A stretch of 64,000 bases of DNA from Thermoanaerobaculales bacterium (GCA_025456145.1 JALOLD010000048.1:6731-70730); one strand, 5' to 3'. Counted from the first letter of the stretch, positions 37,017 through 47,250 are shown. Notes: generated by a model not told the origin, from the sequence alone. Numbers and translations are program-made.

Positions 37017-40000
37017 TCAGCTCGGCGGCCACACGGGGAGCCGGCCCGGGGTCCAGGGCGCGCCCTCGGCCTCGAGCGCCGCCTCGAGTGAGACCAGCCG
37101 CGCCTCGAGGCTGCGCAGCGCCGCGAGCTGCTCGCTAAAGGCCGCGGCCGCCCAGCGGTAGCCGTCGCGGCTCGTGCCGGTCGGTCCCTGGGTCGTGGCG
37201 AGCTGGCCCTCGACGACCCGGGTGATCCGCTCGACGATCGACGGGTCGACCGGCTCGTTGCGCCGCGCCTTCGACTTATCGCCGCTCAGCACGAGAAGGA
37301 TGTCGTTGAGCTCGCTCTCGATCGCCGCGAGCTCGGCGAGCCGGCCCGGCCCGGCGGCCGGGGCGTCGAGGACCGCCGCCCGCAGGTGGTCGATCCGGTC
37401 GCGCATCTCGCCCGCCGCCTCGACGGCGCCGAGGGCCGCCCGCTGGAGCTCGGCGGCCTCGCGGGAGAACTCGAGCGCCCCGGCGGGATCCTCGACCGGC
37501 AGGGTGCCGCCGCCGAGGTCGACCACCGCGAAGCTCTCGGGCCCGGCGAGCTCGGTGACCACGCCGTCGACCTCGCTCGCGAGGCTCACGGTGTAGGCGC
37601 CCGGCAGGGCGAGCGGACCGATCCGCGGCGAGTCCCACGGCGCCGCCGGCCCCGGGTCGAGGTCGACCGGCCTCGACGACGGGTAGCGGAGGTCCCAGGC
37701 GACCCGGTGCAGGCCCTCGTCGCGCGGTCCGGTCAGCCGCTGGACGACCGTGCCGGCGGCGTCGCGCACCGTCAGGACGAGCTGCGGCTCGCGCTCCTCG
37801 TCCTCGGCGCGCAGCTCGGCCTGGCTCGGGTAGGGCAGGGTCGCGCCCTTGCCCTCGGCCTCCTTCTCGGCCTCGAGGCGGCGCTCGCGCCGGGTCTTCA
37901 GACCGTCGGCGAGGTGGTAGGTGAAGACCGCGCCGAAGGGCGGGTTGGGGGCGGTGTAGTAGGCGTCGCCCTGGAAGGCCTTGTCCAGGGTGGGCAGGCC
38001 GAGCCGGCTGGTCTCGACGTAGCGCAGCGCGTCCTTGACCGGGAAGAGCAGCGCCGGGCGGCCGATCGCCTCCTCGCCGAGGTGGCGCAGCGGCGAGTAG
38101 TCGTCGAGGATGAAGAAGCCGCGCCCGAAGGTGGCGAGGGCGAGGTCGCTCTCGCGCCGCTGGATCTCGAGGTCGCGGACCGCGATGGTCGGCAGACCGC
38201 CGGTCAGCTCGACCCAGTGGGCCCCGCGGTCGACCGTGACAAAAAGGCCGAGCTCGGCGCCGAGGAAGAGCAGATCGGGGTCGACGTGGTCCTCGGCGAG
38301 GGTCCAGGCCATGCCGCGTCCGGGCAGATCGCCGCGGATCGACCGCCAGGTCCGGCCGCGGTCGGTGCTGGTGAGCACGTACGGCGCGAAGTCGCCCTGC
38401 TTGTGGTTGGTGAAGGTGGCGTAGACCGTGTCGGCGTCGTGCCGCGAGGCCTCGAGCTCGGCGACGTAGCTGTACCTCGGGACACCGGGGAAGTCGCCGA
38501 CCACCCGCCAGCTCGCCCCTCCGTCCGAGGTCACGTGGACCTGCCCGTCGTCGGTGCCGACATAGATCAGCCCCTCGACGAGGGGCGACTCGGTCAGGGC
38601 GACGGCGTTGCCGTAGATCGAGGTCGAGCCGCTCTTGTGGACCGCGTCGGGGCCCCACACCTTACCCATCACCGGCAGCGCGTTGCGGTCGATACCACGC
38701 GACAGGTCGCCGGAGACCGCAGTCCAGGAGTTGCCCCGGTCGTCCGAGCGGAAGAGCTTCTGCGCCGCGAAGTAGAGCCGGGTCGGCGAGTGCGGGCTGA
38801 TGATCACCGGGGCGTCCCAGTTCCAGCGCAGCGGTGCCTCGCCGGGCGCCGGCTGCGGCTGGATGTCGACCGCCTCGCCGGTGGCGCGGTCGTAGCGGAC
38901 CAGCCCGCCGTACTGCCACTGGCTGTAGACGATGGCCGGCTCGGTGGGGTCGACCACGGTCTCGAAGCCGTCGCCGAAGACGGTGACGAACCAGTCCTCG
39001 TTGGCGATCCCGGCGGGCTGGCGGGTCCGGGTCGGGCCGCCCAGGGTGGCGTTGTCCTGGGTGCCGCCGTAGATGAAGTAGAAGGGTGACGACTCATCGA
39101 CCGCGACCCGGTAGAACTGCATGATCGGCAGGTTGGGAAAGTAGACCCAGGTGGCGCCGCGGTCGAAGGTCTCGTAGACCCCGCCATCGCAACCGGCACG
39201 GAGGTGGCGCGGGTCGTCGGGGTCGATCCACAGCGCGTGGTTGTCGACGTGCTTGTGGGTCTCGCCGACGTCGACGAAGGTCTTCCCGCCGTCGGTCGTG
39301 ACCTGCATCCAGGTGTCCATCGAGTAGACCCGGTCGACGTCGGCTGGGTCGCAGAAGAGCTCGTTGTAGTAGTCGCCGCCGGGGGCGTGGTCGGAGCGCT
39401 TGGACCAGGTCTCGCCGCGGTCCGAGGAGCGGAAGAAGCCGCCCTCGTCGCGCGCCGCGTCGAGCACGCCGTAAACCACGTCGGTGTCGGCGGGCGAGAT
39501 GCACAGACCCATGCGGCCCCGGTCGACCTCGGGCAGACCGGCGGTGATCTCGCGCCAGGTCCTCCCGCCGTCGGTGGACTTGTAGAGGCCCGACTCGGGG
39601 CCGCCGTTGATCAGCGTCCAGGTGTGACGGCGGCGCTGGTAGGCGGTGGCGAGGATCGTGTCGGGGTCGTCGGGGTGGAGCCGGACCTCGGCGATGCCGG
39701 TGTCGTCGGAGACGTGGAGCACCCGCTCCCAGGTCGCGCCGCCGTCGGTCGTGCGATACAGGCCGCGGTCGCCGCCCGAGCGCCACAGCGGCCCCTGGGC
39801 CGCCACCCAGACCACCTCGGAGTCGCGCGGGTCGACAACGATGTTGCCGATGTGCTCGGACTCGCGAAGCCCCATGTTGGTCCAGGTCGTGCCGCCGTCG
39901 AGGCTCTTGTAGACCCCGTCGCCGAAGCTCACCGAGCGCTGCGAGTTGTTCTCGCCGGTGCCGACCCAGACGATGTTCGGGTCGTTCGGGTCGATGGTGA

Positions 40001-40307
40001 CGTAGCCGATCGAGTACGAGCCCTCCGAGTCGAAGACCGGCGCCCAGGTCGTGCCCGCGTTGGTGCTCCGCCACACCCCGCCCGAGGCCGCGGTGACGAA
40101 GATCCGCGAGGGGTCGGTGGGGTCGACCGCGATGTCCGAGATCCGGCCCGACGAGACCGCCGGCCCGAGGCCGCGCAGCTCGAGACCGGCGAGGATCTTC
40201 GCGTCGAGCCAGTAGGCGTCGCCGTCGTCCGGCTCGGTGCTCTTGGCGGCGGTGGCAAAAAGGGGTACGAGACACACGGCGACAGCGAGCGCGAGCGCAC
40301 GTCTCAT
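37017..40307 (-). CDS. Secreted BNR/Asp-box (VPS10/sortilin-like) repeat protein, glycosyl hydrolase-like
   Basis: Repeated S.D.G.TW Asp-boxes (STNAGTTW, SLDGGTTW, STDGGRTW, SDDRGNSW); ATFGRGFFILDD. Confidence 0.88.
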   Translation of the reverse strand: MRRALALAVAVCLVPLFATAAKSTEPDDGDAYWLDAKILAGLELRGLGPAVSSGRISDIAVDPTDPSRIFVTAASGGVWRSTNAGTTWAPVFDSEGSYSIGYVTIDPNDPNIVWVGTGENNSQRSVSFGDGVYKSLDGGTTWTNMGLRESEHIGNIVVDPRDSEVVWVAAQGPLWRSGGDRGLYRTTDGGATWERVLHVSDDTGIAEVRLHPDDPDTILATAYQRRRHTWTLINGGPESGLYKSTDGGRTWREITAGLPEVDRGRMGLCISPADTDVVYGVLDAARDEGGFFRSSDRGETWSKRSDHAPGGDYYNELFCDPADVDRVYSMDTWMQVTTDGGKTFVDVGETHKHVDNHALWIDPDDPRHLRAGCDGGVYETFDRGATWVYFPNLPIMQFYRVAVDESSPFYFIYGGTQDNATLGGPTRTRQPAGIANEDWFVTVFGDGFETVVDPTEPAIVYSQWQYGGLVRYDRATGEAVDIQPQPAPGEAPLRWNWDAPVIISPHSPTRLYFAAQKLFRSDDRGNSWTAVSGDLSRGIDRNALPVMGKVWGPDAVHKSGSTSIYGNAVALTESPLVEGLIYVGTDDGQVHVTSDGGASWRVVGDFPGVPRYSYVAELEASRHDADTVYATFTNHKQGDFAPYVLTSTDRGRTWRSIRGDLPGRGMAWTLAEDHVDPDLLFLGAELGLFVTVDRGAHWVELTGGLPTIAVRDLEIQRRESDLALATFGRGFFILDDYSPLRHLGEEAIGRPALLFPVKDALRYVETSRLGLPTLDKAFQGDAYYTAPNPPFGAVFTYHLADGLKTRRERRLEAEKEAEGKGATLPYPSQAELRAEDEEREPQLVLTVRDAAGTVVQRLTGPRDEGLHRVAWDLRYPSSRPVDLDPGPAAPWDSPRIGPLALPGAYTVSLASEVDGVVTELAGPESFAVVDLGGGTLPVEDPAGALEFSREAAELQRAALGAVEAAGEMRDRIDHLRAAVLDAPAAGPGRLAELAAIESELNDILLVLSGDKSKARRNEPVDPSIVERITRVVEGQLATTQGPTGTSRDGYRWAAAAFSEQLAALRSLEARLVSLEAALEAEGAPWTPGRLPVWPPS

Positions 40308-40374
40308 GATCGACCTCCACACCAGCGACATGGTACCTCGATCCGACGATCCCGCGGGCGGGGGCCGGTCCCGG

Positions 40375-42231
40375 TCAGTCGGTCGCGATGCCCGACCACG
40401 CGTAGACGTGGCCGGGGTCGTTGAGCTCGCCGATCTCGGCGGCCTCCCGCTCGATCGCCCGGAGGGCTCGCTCGAGGGGCGAGGGCGGGCCGCTCCCGGC
40501 GGCCGCGGCGGCCACCGCTTCGGCGGTCAGCCGGCGGAGGATCCGATCCTTGAGCTTCTCCTCGGGCTCGACATAGCTGACCGCGTAGTCCTCGCCGAGC
40601 TCGGCGAGCTCGGCGGCGGCGGCGATCGCGTCGCCGAGCGTGCCGAGGTGGTCGACGAGCCCGAGGGAGTGGGCGTCCTGACCGCTCCACACCCGGCCGC
40701 GGGCGATCCGGTCGACCTCCTCGGTGGTCATGCCGCGCGAGGCGGCGACCCGCTCGAGGAACTCGCGGTAGCCGTGGTCGATGGCGCTCTGGATGACGCC
40801 GCCGATCTCGGGGGGCAGCGCCCGGTCCGGGCGGACCCCGGCGAGCGGGGCGGTGGCGATCCCATCGACGTGGATCCCGAGGTGCTCGGCGAGCGGCCGC
40901 TGGTAGGTCGGGAAGATCGCGAGGATGCCGATCGAGCCGGTGACCGTGCCGGGGTGGGCCCAGATCTGGTCCGCCGAGGTGCTGATCCAGTAGCCGCCCG
41001 AGGCGGCGACGCTGCCCATCGAGGCGACGACCGGCTTGCCGGCGGCGCGCGTCGCCTCGCACTCGCGGCGGATGACCTCGGAGGCGAAGGCGCTGCCGCC
41101 CCCCGAGTCGACCCGCAGGACGATCGCCTTGATCGCGTCGTCGTCGCGCGCCTGGCGGATCAGCTTGGCCGTCGAGTCGCCGCCGATCGCGCCGGCCGGC
41201 TGGCTGCCGTCGAGGATCGAGCCGCGGGCGACGACCACCCCGACCTTGTCGCCCTTGGCGTCGCGCCCGAAGCGGTCGTCGTCGATCGTCTTGAGGTAGT
41301 CGGCGAAGGCGACCTGGTTGTAGGAGTGGCTGTCCTCGTCCTCGCCGACCATCGCGACGAGGCGCTCGCGGCTCTCGACCCGGGTCAGGGCCTGGTCGAC
41401 GAGACCGAAGTCGAGGGCTGCCTTCGCGGTGTCGCCGGCGGCCGCGGCCATGACGTCGGGGAAGCGCTGGGCGTACTCGTCGAGGCGCTCCGGGGTCATC
41501 CCACGCTCGGCGGCGACCTCCTCGAGGAAGATCCGCCAGAGGTCGCCGAGCCACTCGGCGTCGGCCTCGCGAGCCTCGGGCGACATGTCGTCGCGGAGGT
41601 ACGGCTCGACATAGCTCTTGTACTCGCCGACCCGAAAGACGTGGACGTCGAGGCCGAGCTTGTCGATGCCCTCCTTGTAGTACATCCGGTAGCGGCCGTA
41701 GCCCTCGAGAAGGACCATCCCCATCTCGTTGACCCAGACCTCGTCGGCGAAGGCCGCGAGGTAGTAGGCGTCCTGGGCGTAGGCGTCGGCGGTGGCGACG
41801 ACCTGCTTGCCGCTGGTCTTGAAGTCGCGGACCGCGTCGCGGACGTCCTGGAGCTTGGTCAGCCGGGCGCCGTCGAAGGCGCCGAGGTCGAGCACCAGGA
41901 CCTTGACCCGGTCGTCGTCCCGGGCCGCCCGGATGGCGTCGACGACGTCCTTGACCAGGGTCTCGGGGGCCGCGGTACCCCGCGCCTCGTCGATCATCCG
42001 CTCGACGGTCCGCGCCGCGAGCTGCTCGACGAGCTGGCCCTGGGGAGCGACGACCAGCGCCGTCGTGTCGGCGATCTCGGGCTCGTCGCCTCGGAAGGCG
42101 AGGACCAGCAGCGCGACGAGGATCGCGATGAAGAGCAGGTTGACGACGAACCGGCGGGTCGCGTCGATCCCCTGCCACATCGCGGCGAGCATTCCGGTCG
42201 GATGGTGGCTGTGCTCGTGGTCGTGTCCCAT
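40375..42231 (-). CDS. sppA: Signal peptide peptidase SppA (long form)
   Basis: FRVGEYKS, LRVDSGGGSAFASE, SMGSVAASGGYWIS, TGSIGI, GRVWSG. Confidence 0.95.
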   Translation of the reverse strand: MGHDHEHSHHPTGMLAAMWQGIDATRRFVVNLLFIAILVALLVLAFRGDEPEIADTTALVVAPQGQLVEQLAARTVERMIDEARGTAAPETLVKDVVDAIRAARDDDRVKVLVLDLGAFDGARLTKLQDVRDAVRDFKTSGKQVVATADAYAQDAYYLAAFADEVWVNEMGMVLLEGYGRYRMYYKEGIDKLGLDVHVFRVGEYKSYVEPYLRDDMSPEAREADAEWLGDLWRIFLEEVAAERGMTPERLDEYAQRFPDVMAAAAGDTAKAALDFGLVDQALTRVESRERLVAMVGEDEDSHSYNQVAFADYLKTIDDDRFGRDAKGDKVGVVVARGSILDGSQPAGAIGGDSTAKLIRQARDDDAIKAIVLRVDSGGGSAFASEVIRRECEATRAAGKPVVASMGSVAASGGYWISTSADQIWAHPGTVTGSIGILAIFPTYQRPLAEHLGIHVDGIATAPLAGVRPDRALPPEIGGVIQSAIDHGYREFLERVAASRGMTTEEVDRIARGRVWSGQDAHSLGLVDHLGTLGDAIAAAAELAELGEDYAVSYVEPEEKLKDRILRRLTAEAVAAAAAGSGPPSPLERALRAIEREAAEIGELNDPGHVYAWSGIATD

Positions 42232-42407
42232 GGGGAGCTCCTCATTTCGTCCGGTCGTCGGCGGGCCGGCCGGCGCCGGATGCGACAGGGTATCACCGAC
42301 CGCGCCGGTCCCCGGCGATCCCATCCGTTGTAACGAGCCGCACCTCCGGATGTTCACACGCCCCACCCGGCGCTTGATCTTTGCCGAGAATCAAATATCG
42401 TTCGGTC

Positions 42408-43298
42408 ATGCGCCGGCTCGCCATCGCGCTCGCTCTGATCTCGATCTCGACCGCGGCCTGCGGCGGCGGTTCCGTCGACCGGGTCGGGTCGCTGCGGGTC
42501 GCCGCCTCGATCCCGCCCCACGGCTGGCTGGTCGGCGAGGTCGGCGGCGGGGCGGTCGAGGTGGTGACGATCCTCGGCCCCGGCGACAGCCCGGCGACCT
42601 TCCAGCCCCCCGATGGCGCGGTCAGCCGGGTCATGTCGAGCCGCGTCCTGTTCACCGCCGGCGTTCCCTTCGAAGGGGGCGCCTGGCTCGAGGCGATCGC
42701 CGGCCGGCTCGAGGTCGTCCGGCTCGACGAGGGAATCGCCGACCGGGTGTTCGGCGCCGCCGACCACGCCTCCGACGGACCCGACGACGGCCACGGTCAC
42801 CGGCCCGGCACGGTCGACCCGCACGCCTGGCTGAGCCCGCGCCGGCTGATCGTCCAGGCGGCCAGGGTCGCCGCCACCCTCGCCCGGCTTGACCCCGGGA
42901 ACGCCAGGGAGTACGCGACCAACCTCGAGAGACTGACCGGGGAGCTGGCCGAGGTCGACCGGCGCTGCGCGTCGCTGCTCGCGCCGTTCCGGGGCCGCGA
43001 GCTCGTCGTCTTCCACCCCGCGTGGGGTTACTTCGCCGACGACTACGACCTCGTCCAGGTCGCCATCGAGATCGACGGCAAGGAGCCCTCCGACGCCGAT
43101 CTCACCGCGATCCAGGAGCGCGCCCGCCAGGCCGGCGTCGGGGTGGTCTACGTCCAGCCGCAGATCGCGGGACGCTCGGCGCGCGCCGTCGCCACCGCGA
43201 TCGGCGCCCGTCTCGAGACCCTCGACCCGCTCGCCCCGGATGTCGCGGCCAACCTGCAGCGAACTGCCGAGACGATCGCCGGTGGGCTCGATGGCTGA
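42408..43298 (+). CDS. znuA: Zn/Mn ABC transporter substrate-binding lipoprotein
   Basis: Lipobox-like TAAC, His-containing loop, DPHAWLSP, FHPAWGYFA, LDPL. Confidence 0.88.
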   Translation: MRRLAIALALISISTAACGGGSVDRVGSLRVAASIPPHGWLVGEVGGGAVEVVTILGPGDSPATFQPPDGAVSRVMSSRVLFTAGVPFEGGAWLEAIAGRLEVVRLDEGIADRVFGAADHASDGPDDGHGHRPGTVDPHAWLSPRRLIVQAARVAATLARLDPGNAREYATNLERLTGELAEVDRRCASLLAPFRGRELVVFHPAWGYFADDYDLVQVAIEIDGKEPSDADLTAIQERARQAGVGVVYVQPQIAGRSARAVATAIGARLETLDPLAPDVAANLQRTAETIAGGLDG

Positions 43299-44010
43299 GC
43301 CGGTCGCCATCCGGGTCGACGGCCTCGCCTTTCGCTACCCGGGGCGGGCCGAGGACGTCCTCCGAAACGTCAGCTTCACCGTCGGCACCACCGACTGGGT
43401 CGGTCTGCTCGGCCCCAACGGCGGCGGCAAGACGACGTTGCTGCGGCTCCTCCTCGGCCAGCTCGCGCCGACCGGCGGCCGTCTCGAGGTGCTCGGCGGC
43501 GCACCGGCCACCACCCGGCGGCGGGTCGGCTATGTGCCGCAGCACGCCGGGATCGACAGCGGCGTGCCGGCCTCGGTGCTCGATGTCGTTCTCCTGGGCC
43601 GGCTGTCGGCCGCGAGCTGGGGGCCCCGCTTCTCGGCCGGCGACCACGAGCTCGCCCGCTCGGCCCTCGACGAGACCCGCACCGCCGATCTCGCGGACCG
43701 CGCCTGGTCGACCCTGTCGGGCGGCCAGCGGCAGCGGGTGCTGATCGCCCGCGCCCTCGCCTCCCAGGCCGATCTGCTGCTCCTCGACGAGCCGACCACC
43801 GGGATCGACATCCACCGCGAGAAGGAGCTGCTGCGGCTGCTCGAGCGGCTCAACGAGCGGCTGCCGATCCTCATGGTGAGCCACGACATCGCCCTGGTCA
43901 GCCACCACATGGACCGCGCCCTGTGGGTCGACCGGCAGGTCAGCGAGCTCGAGGTGGGCGGCCTCGACTCGGACTCGCTCGAGCCCTTCTTCCACGGAGA
44001 GAGCCGGTGA
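43291..44010 (+). CDS. znuC: Metal ABC transporter ATP-binding protein
   Basis: GPNGGGKTT, LSGGQRQRV, LLLDEPT, VSHD. Confidence 0.9.
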   Translation: MAEPVAIRVDGLAFRYPGRAEDVLRNVSFTVGTTDWVGLLGPNGGGKTTLLRLLLGQLAPTGGRLEVLGGAPATTRRRVGYVPQHAGIDSGVPASVLDVVLLGRLSAASWGPRFSAGDHELARSALDETRTADLADRAWSTLSGGQRQRVLIARALASQADLLLLDEPTTGIDIHREKELLRLLERLNERLPILMVSHDIALVSHHMDRALWVDRQVSELEVGGLDSDSLEPFFHGESR

Positions 44011-44936
44011 CCCGGTTCTTCGCCGACGCGGTCGTCAACCCCTTCCTGTGGACGGGCCTCGCCGCCGGGCTGCTCGCCAGCGTCAGCTGCGGGGTCGTCG
44101 GACCCTATGTCGTCGCCCGCCGGCTGGTCTTCCTCGCCGGCGCCCTCGCCCACATCGCGATCGGCGGGGTCGGCGCCGCGATCTACCTGGCGGCGGCCCA
44201 CCCCACCCTCTTCGGATGGCTCGAGCCGATCCACGGCGGGCTCGCCGCCGCGGTCGTCGCGGCGCCGGTGCTCGCGGTTCTCCGCCACCGGCTGCGGGAG
44301 CGGCTCGACACCGTGGTCGGCGCGCTCTGGGCGGTCGGGATGTCGATCGGCATCCTGCTCATCAAGATCACCCCGGGTTACCACACCGAGCTGATGTCCT
44401 ACCTGTTCGGCAACATCAGCTTCGTCAGCCGGCGCGACCTGGTGTTCCTGGCGGTGCTGAGCGCCGTCGTGGTGGTCGTCGCGACCCTCTTTTACCGCCG
44501 GTTCCTCGCGCTCTGCCTCGACCCCGAGCAGGCCGAGCTGCGCGGCGTGCCGGTGCTCGCCACCGATGTCGTGCTCTTCCTGCTCATCGCGACCACGGTC
44601 ATTGTCCTCACCCAGATCGTCGGGCTGATCCTGGTCATCGCCCTGCTCAGCCTGCCGGCGGCGATCGGCGCCCGCCTGACGACCCGGCTCGGTCCCTCGA
44701 TGGCCGTGACCTTCGTGGTGTCGGCGCTGGCCACGACGGCGCCGCGGATCGTGGTCTACGGCACGCCGGTGAGCCCCGAGGCGGCGATCGTCCTGGCGAC
44801 CGCCGGGCTCTACCTGCTGGTCGCGCCCCGAGGCGGCGATCGTCCTGGCGACCGCCGGGCTCTACCTGCTGGTCGCTCTGTGGCGGCCCCCCAGGACCCG
44901 CTGAGCTCGAGAACGAATAAATTTCCGTTCGCTTGA
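44007..44936 (+). CDS. znuB: Metal ABC transporter permease; C-terminal tail altered by a 52-bp duplication
   Basis: LAHIAIGG, LMSYLFGNI, VGLILVIALL (ABC-3 family). Confidence 0.88.
   Translation: MTRFFADAVVNPFLWTGLAAGLLASVSCGVVGPYVVARRLVFLAGALAHIAIGGVGAAIYLAAAHPTLFGWLEPIHGGLAAAVVAAPVLAVLRHRLRERLDTVVGALWAVGMSIGILLIKITPGYHTELMSYLFGNISFVSRRDLVFLAVLSAVVVVVATLFYRRFLALCLDPEQAELRGVPVLATDVVLFLLIATTVIVLTQIVGLILVIALLSLPAAIGARLTTRLGPSMAVTFVVSALATTAPRIVVYGTPVSPEAAIVLATAGLYLLVAPRGGDRPGDRRALPAGRSVAAPQDPLSSRTNKFPFA
44773..44876. repeat. Perfect 52-bp tandem duplication
   Basis: 44773-44824 is identical to 44825-44876. Confidence 0.92.
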
Positions 44937-44982
44937 CCGAGCCGGGGCTTGACATTCCCACGAGGATGAATAATTATCCGAT
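44912..44982 (+). promoter_or_regulatory. arg operon promoter with two ARG-box-like sites
   Basis: AACGAATAAATTTCCGTT (44912-44929) and GATGAATAATTATCCGAT (44965-44982) resemble TGAAT-W4-ATTCA. TTGACA at 44949-44954; argR closes the operon. Confidence 0.75.
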
Positions 44983-45013
44983 TTCGCCCCGGATGGCGGG
45001 CGATGGAGGACCC

Positions 45014-46210
45014 ATGCGGATCGCGCTCGCCTACTCGGGTGGCCTCGACACCACCTACTGCGTCTCCTGGCTGACCCGGGAGCGCCGGGCCGAGGTCGTC
45101 GCCGTGACCGTCGACACCGGTGGGATGACCGCCGGCGACGCCGTGCGGACCGCCGAGCGGGCCCGCGCCGCCGGGGCGGTCGAGCACCGCACCGTCGACG
45201 CCCGGCAGCGGGTGTGGGACGGCTATATCTCGACGCTGATCCGCGGCAACGTGCTGCGCGGCGCGGTCTACCCGGTGTCGGTCGCCGCCGAGCGGACCCA
45301 GCAGGCGGTCGAGGTCGCGCGCGTGGCGCGCGAGATCGGCGCCGACGCGATCGCCCACGGCGCGACCGGCGCCGGCAACGACCAGGTCCGGTTCGACATC
45401 GCCTGGCGGGTGCTCGTCCCCGATCTGCCGATCATCGCCCCGGTGCGCGAGCACGGGGTCGAGCGTTCGGTCTCGACCGCCTACCTCGAGGAGCACGGGC
45501 TCGAGGTCGCGCCGGGGACCGCGCTGACCTCGGTCAACCGCGGTCTCTGGGGCACCACCCTGGGCGGCGGCTGGACCCACGACCCGTGGCAGGGGCCGCC
45601 GGCCGACGCCTGGCAGAGCGGCCCGGAGCCCGCGGTCCCGCCCGGCCGCGAGCTGGTGATCGGCTGGCGGGAGGGCCTGCCGGTCAGCCTCGACGGCGCG
45701 GCTCTGGCGGGGCCGGAGCTGGTCGAGGCCCTCGAGGCCGCGCTGGCGCCCTACCGGATCGGTCGCGGCATCCACCTCGGCGAGACGGTGCTCGGCATCA
45801 AGGGGCGGATCGGCTTCGTCGCCGGCGCCGCGCAGCTGCTCATCGCCGCCCACCGCGAGCTCGAGAAGCTGGTCCTGACCCGCTGGCAGAGCTTCTGGAA
45901 GGACCACCTCGGCCAGTTTTGGGGCGACCGGCTCCACGAGGGTCAGGCCTTCGACCCGGTGATGCGCGACATCGAGGCGATGATCACCAGCTCGCAGCGC
46001 CGGGTCGCCGGCGACACCCGGGTGGCCCTCGCCGAGGGCCGGTTCCTGGTGACCGGGGTGCGCAGCCCGATGAGCCTGATCGACCCGGCGGTCGCGACCT
46101 ACGGCGAGAGCCACCGGCTGTGGAGCGGCGAGGAGGCGCGCGCCTTCGCGGCGATCGCCGGCATTCCCTCCCGGCTCGCCGCCGCCGCCGGAGAGGCGCC
46201 GTCATGGTGA
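45014..46210 (+). CDS. argG: Argininosuccinate synthase
   Basis: LAYSGGLDT, AHGATGAGNDQVRF, GIKGRIGF. Confidence 0.93.
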   Translation: MRIALAYSGGLDTTYCVSWLTRERRAEVVAVTVDTGGMTAGDAVRTAERARAAGAVEHRTVDARQRVWDGYISTLIRGNVLRGAVYPVSVAAERTQQAVEVARVAREIGADAIAHGATGAGNDQVRFDIAWRVLVPDLPIIAPVREHGVERSVSTAYLEEHGLEVAPGTALTSVNRGLWGTTLGGGWTHDPWQGPPADAWQSGPEPAVPPGRELVIGWREGLPVSLDGAALAGPELVEALEAALAPYRIGRGIHLGETVLGIKGRIGFVAGAAQLLIAAHRELEKLVLTRWQSFWKDHLGQFWGDRLHEGQAFDPVMRDIEAMITSSQRRVAGDTRVALAEGRFLVTGVRSPMSLIDPAVATYGESHRLWSGEEARAFAAIAGIPSRLAAAAGEAPSW

Positions 46211-47250
46211 CCTCGAAGCTCCGGCTCGACCGGATCGCCTCGTCGACCCGCAACGCCCACCTCCCGGCCGAGGTGCTCATCGGGCCCGAGGTCATCGCCG
46301 AGGAGGGACGGATCCTCGCGGTCCGCATCACCAACGAGAAGGCGGTCTACAACCAGGTCGAGGACCCGACCGGCCGGCTCATCCGGCTGCGCGCCGGCGA
46401 CGTCCTCGCCGGGGTGCTCGGGGCGCGCCGCGCGCTGCGCGGCTACGAGGGCGAGGTGCCCGGGTCGCTCGCCCCGGGCGACACCGTCGAGGTGCTCAAC
46501 CTGGGCGGCGTGCTCGGCCGGTGCACCGCCGGCAACCCCGATCTGGGACCGCCGTTCACCGCCGAGGTGCTCGGCGCGGTGCTGACCTTCCCGCGCACCG
46601 GCGACCGGGTCGGCCGGCCGGCGACGATCCGCGAGGGTGCGGTCCCGGTCGCCGACGAGCTCGCCGAGGGGCCGCCGATCGTCGCGGTCGTCGGCACCTG
46701 CATGGACGCCGGCAAGACCGTCGCCGCGAGCGAGGTCGTCCGCGGGCTGTCGCGGGCCGGGCTGACGGTCGCCGGGGTCAAGCTGACCGGGGTGTCGCTG
46801 CGCCGCGACGCCCTGTCGATGCTCGACGCCGGGGCGGTCGAGGCCCTCACCTTTACCGACGCCGGGGTCGTCTCGACCGACGACGCCGCGGCCCTGCCGA
46901 CCGCCTACGGCCTGCTCAACGAGCTCGCCCGGCGCTGCCGGCCCGAGGTGATCGTCGCCGAGCTCGGCGACGGCATCCTCGGCGAGTACGGCGTCGCGAC
47001 GCTGCTCAGCGATCCGCAGCTCGTCGCCCGGCTCGCCGCGGTGGTGTGCTGCGCCCCCGATCAGGTCGGCGCCTGGGGCGCGGTCGAGATCCTCCGCACC
47101 CGGTTCGGGATCGCCCCGACCGCGATCTCGGGGCCGGCCACCGACAACGCGGTCGGCTGCCGCTTCATCCGCGACCGGCTCGGGCTGCCGGCGGCCAACG
47201 CCCGGGCCGGCGACGGCGCCCTCGCCGCGATCGTCCGGGAGGCGTTGTGA
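46204..47250 (+). CDS. DUF1611-like P-loop protein embedded in the arg operon (candidate N-acylglutamate synthase)
   Basis: Overlaps the argG stop and argC start; VVGTCMDAGKT, KLTG...RD, FTDAG..ST, VAELGDGILGEYG. Confidence 0.7.
   Translation: MVTSKLRLDRIASSTRNAHLPAEVLIGPEVIAEEGRILAVRITNEKAVYNQVEDPTGRLIRLRAGDVLAGVLGARRALRGYEGEVPGSLAPGDTVEVLNLGGVLGRCTAGNPDLGPPFTAEVLGAVLTFPRTGDRVGRPATIREGAVPVADELAEGPPIVAVVGTCMDAGKTVAASEVVRGLSRAGLTVAGVKLTGVSLRRDALSMLDAGAVEALTFTDAGVVSTDDAAALPTAYGLLNELARRCRPEVIVAELGDGILGEYGVATLLSDPQLVARLAAVVCCAPDQVGAWGAVEILRTRFGIAPTAISGPATDNAVGCRFIRDRLGLPAANARAGDGALAAIVREAL

Noticed and set aside
42380-42407. Possible Zur box upstream of znuA (GAGAATCAAATATCG)
   Set aside because: The patch is AT-rich but its dyad symmetry is too weak to call.
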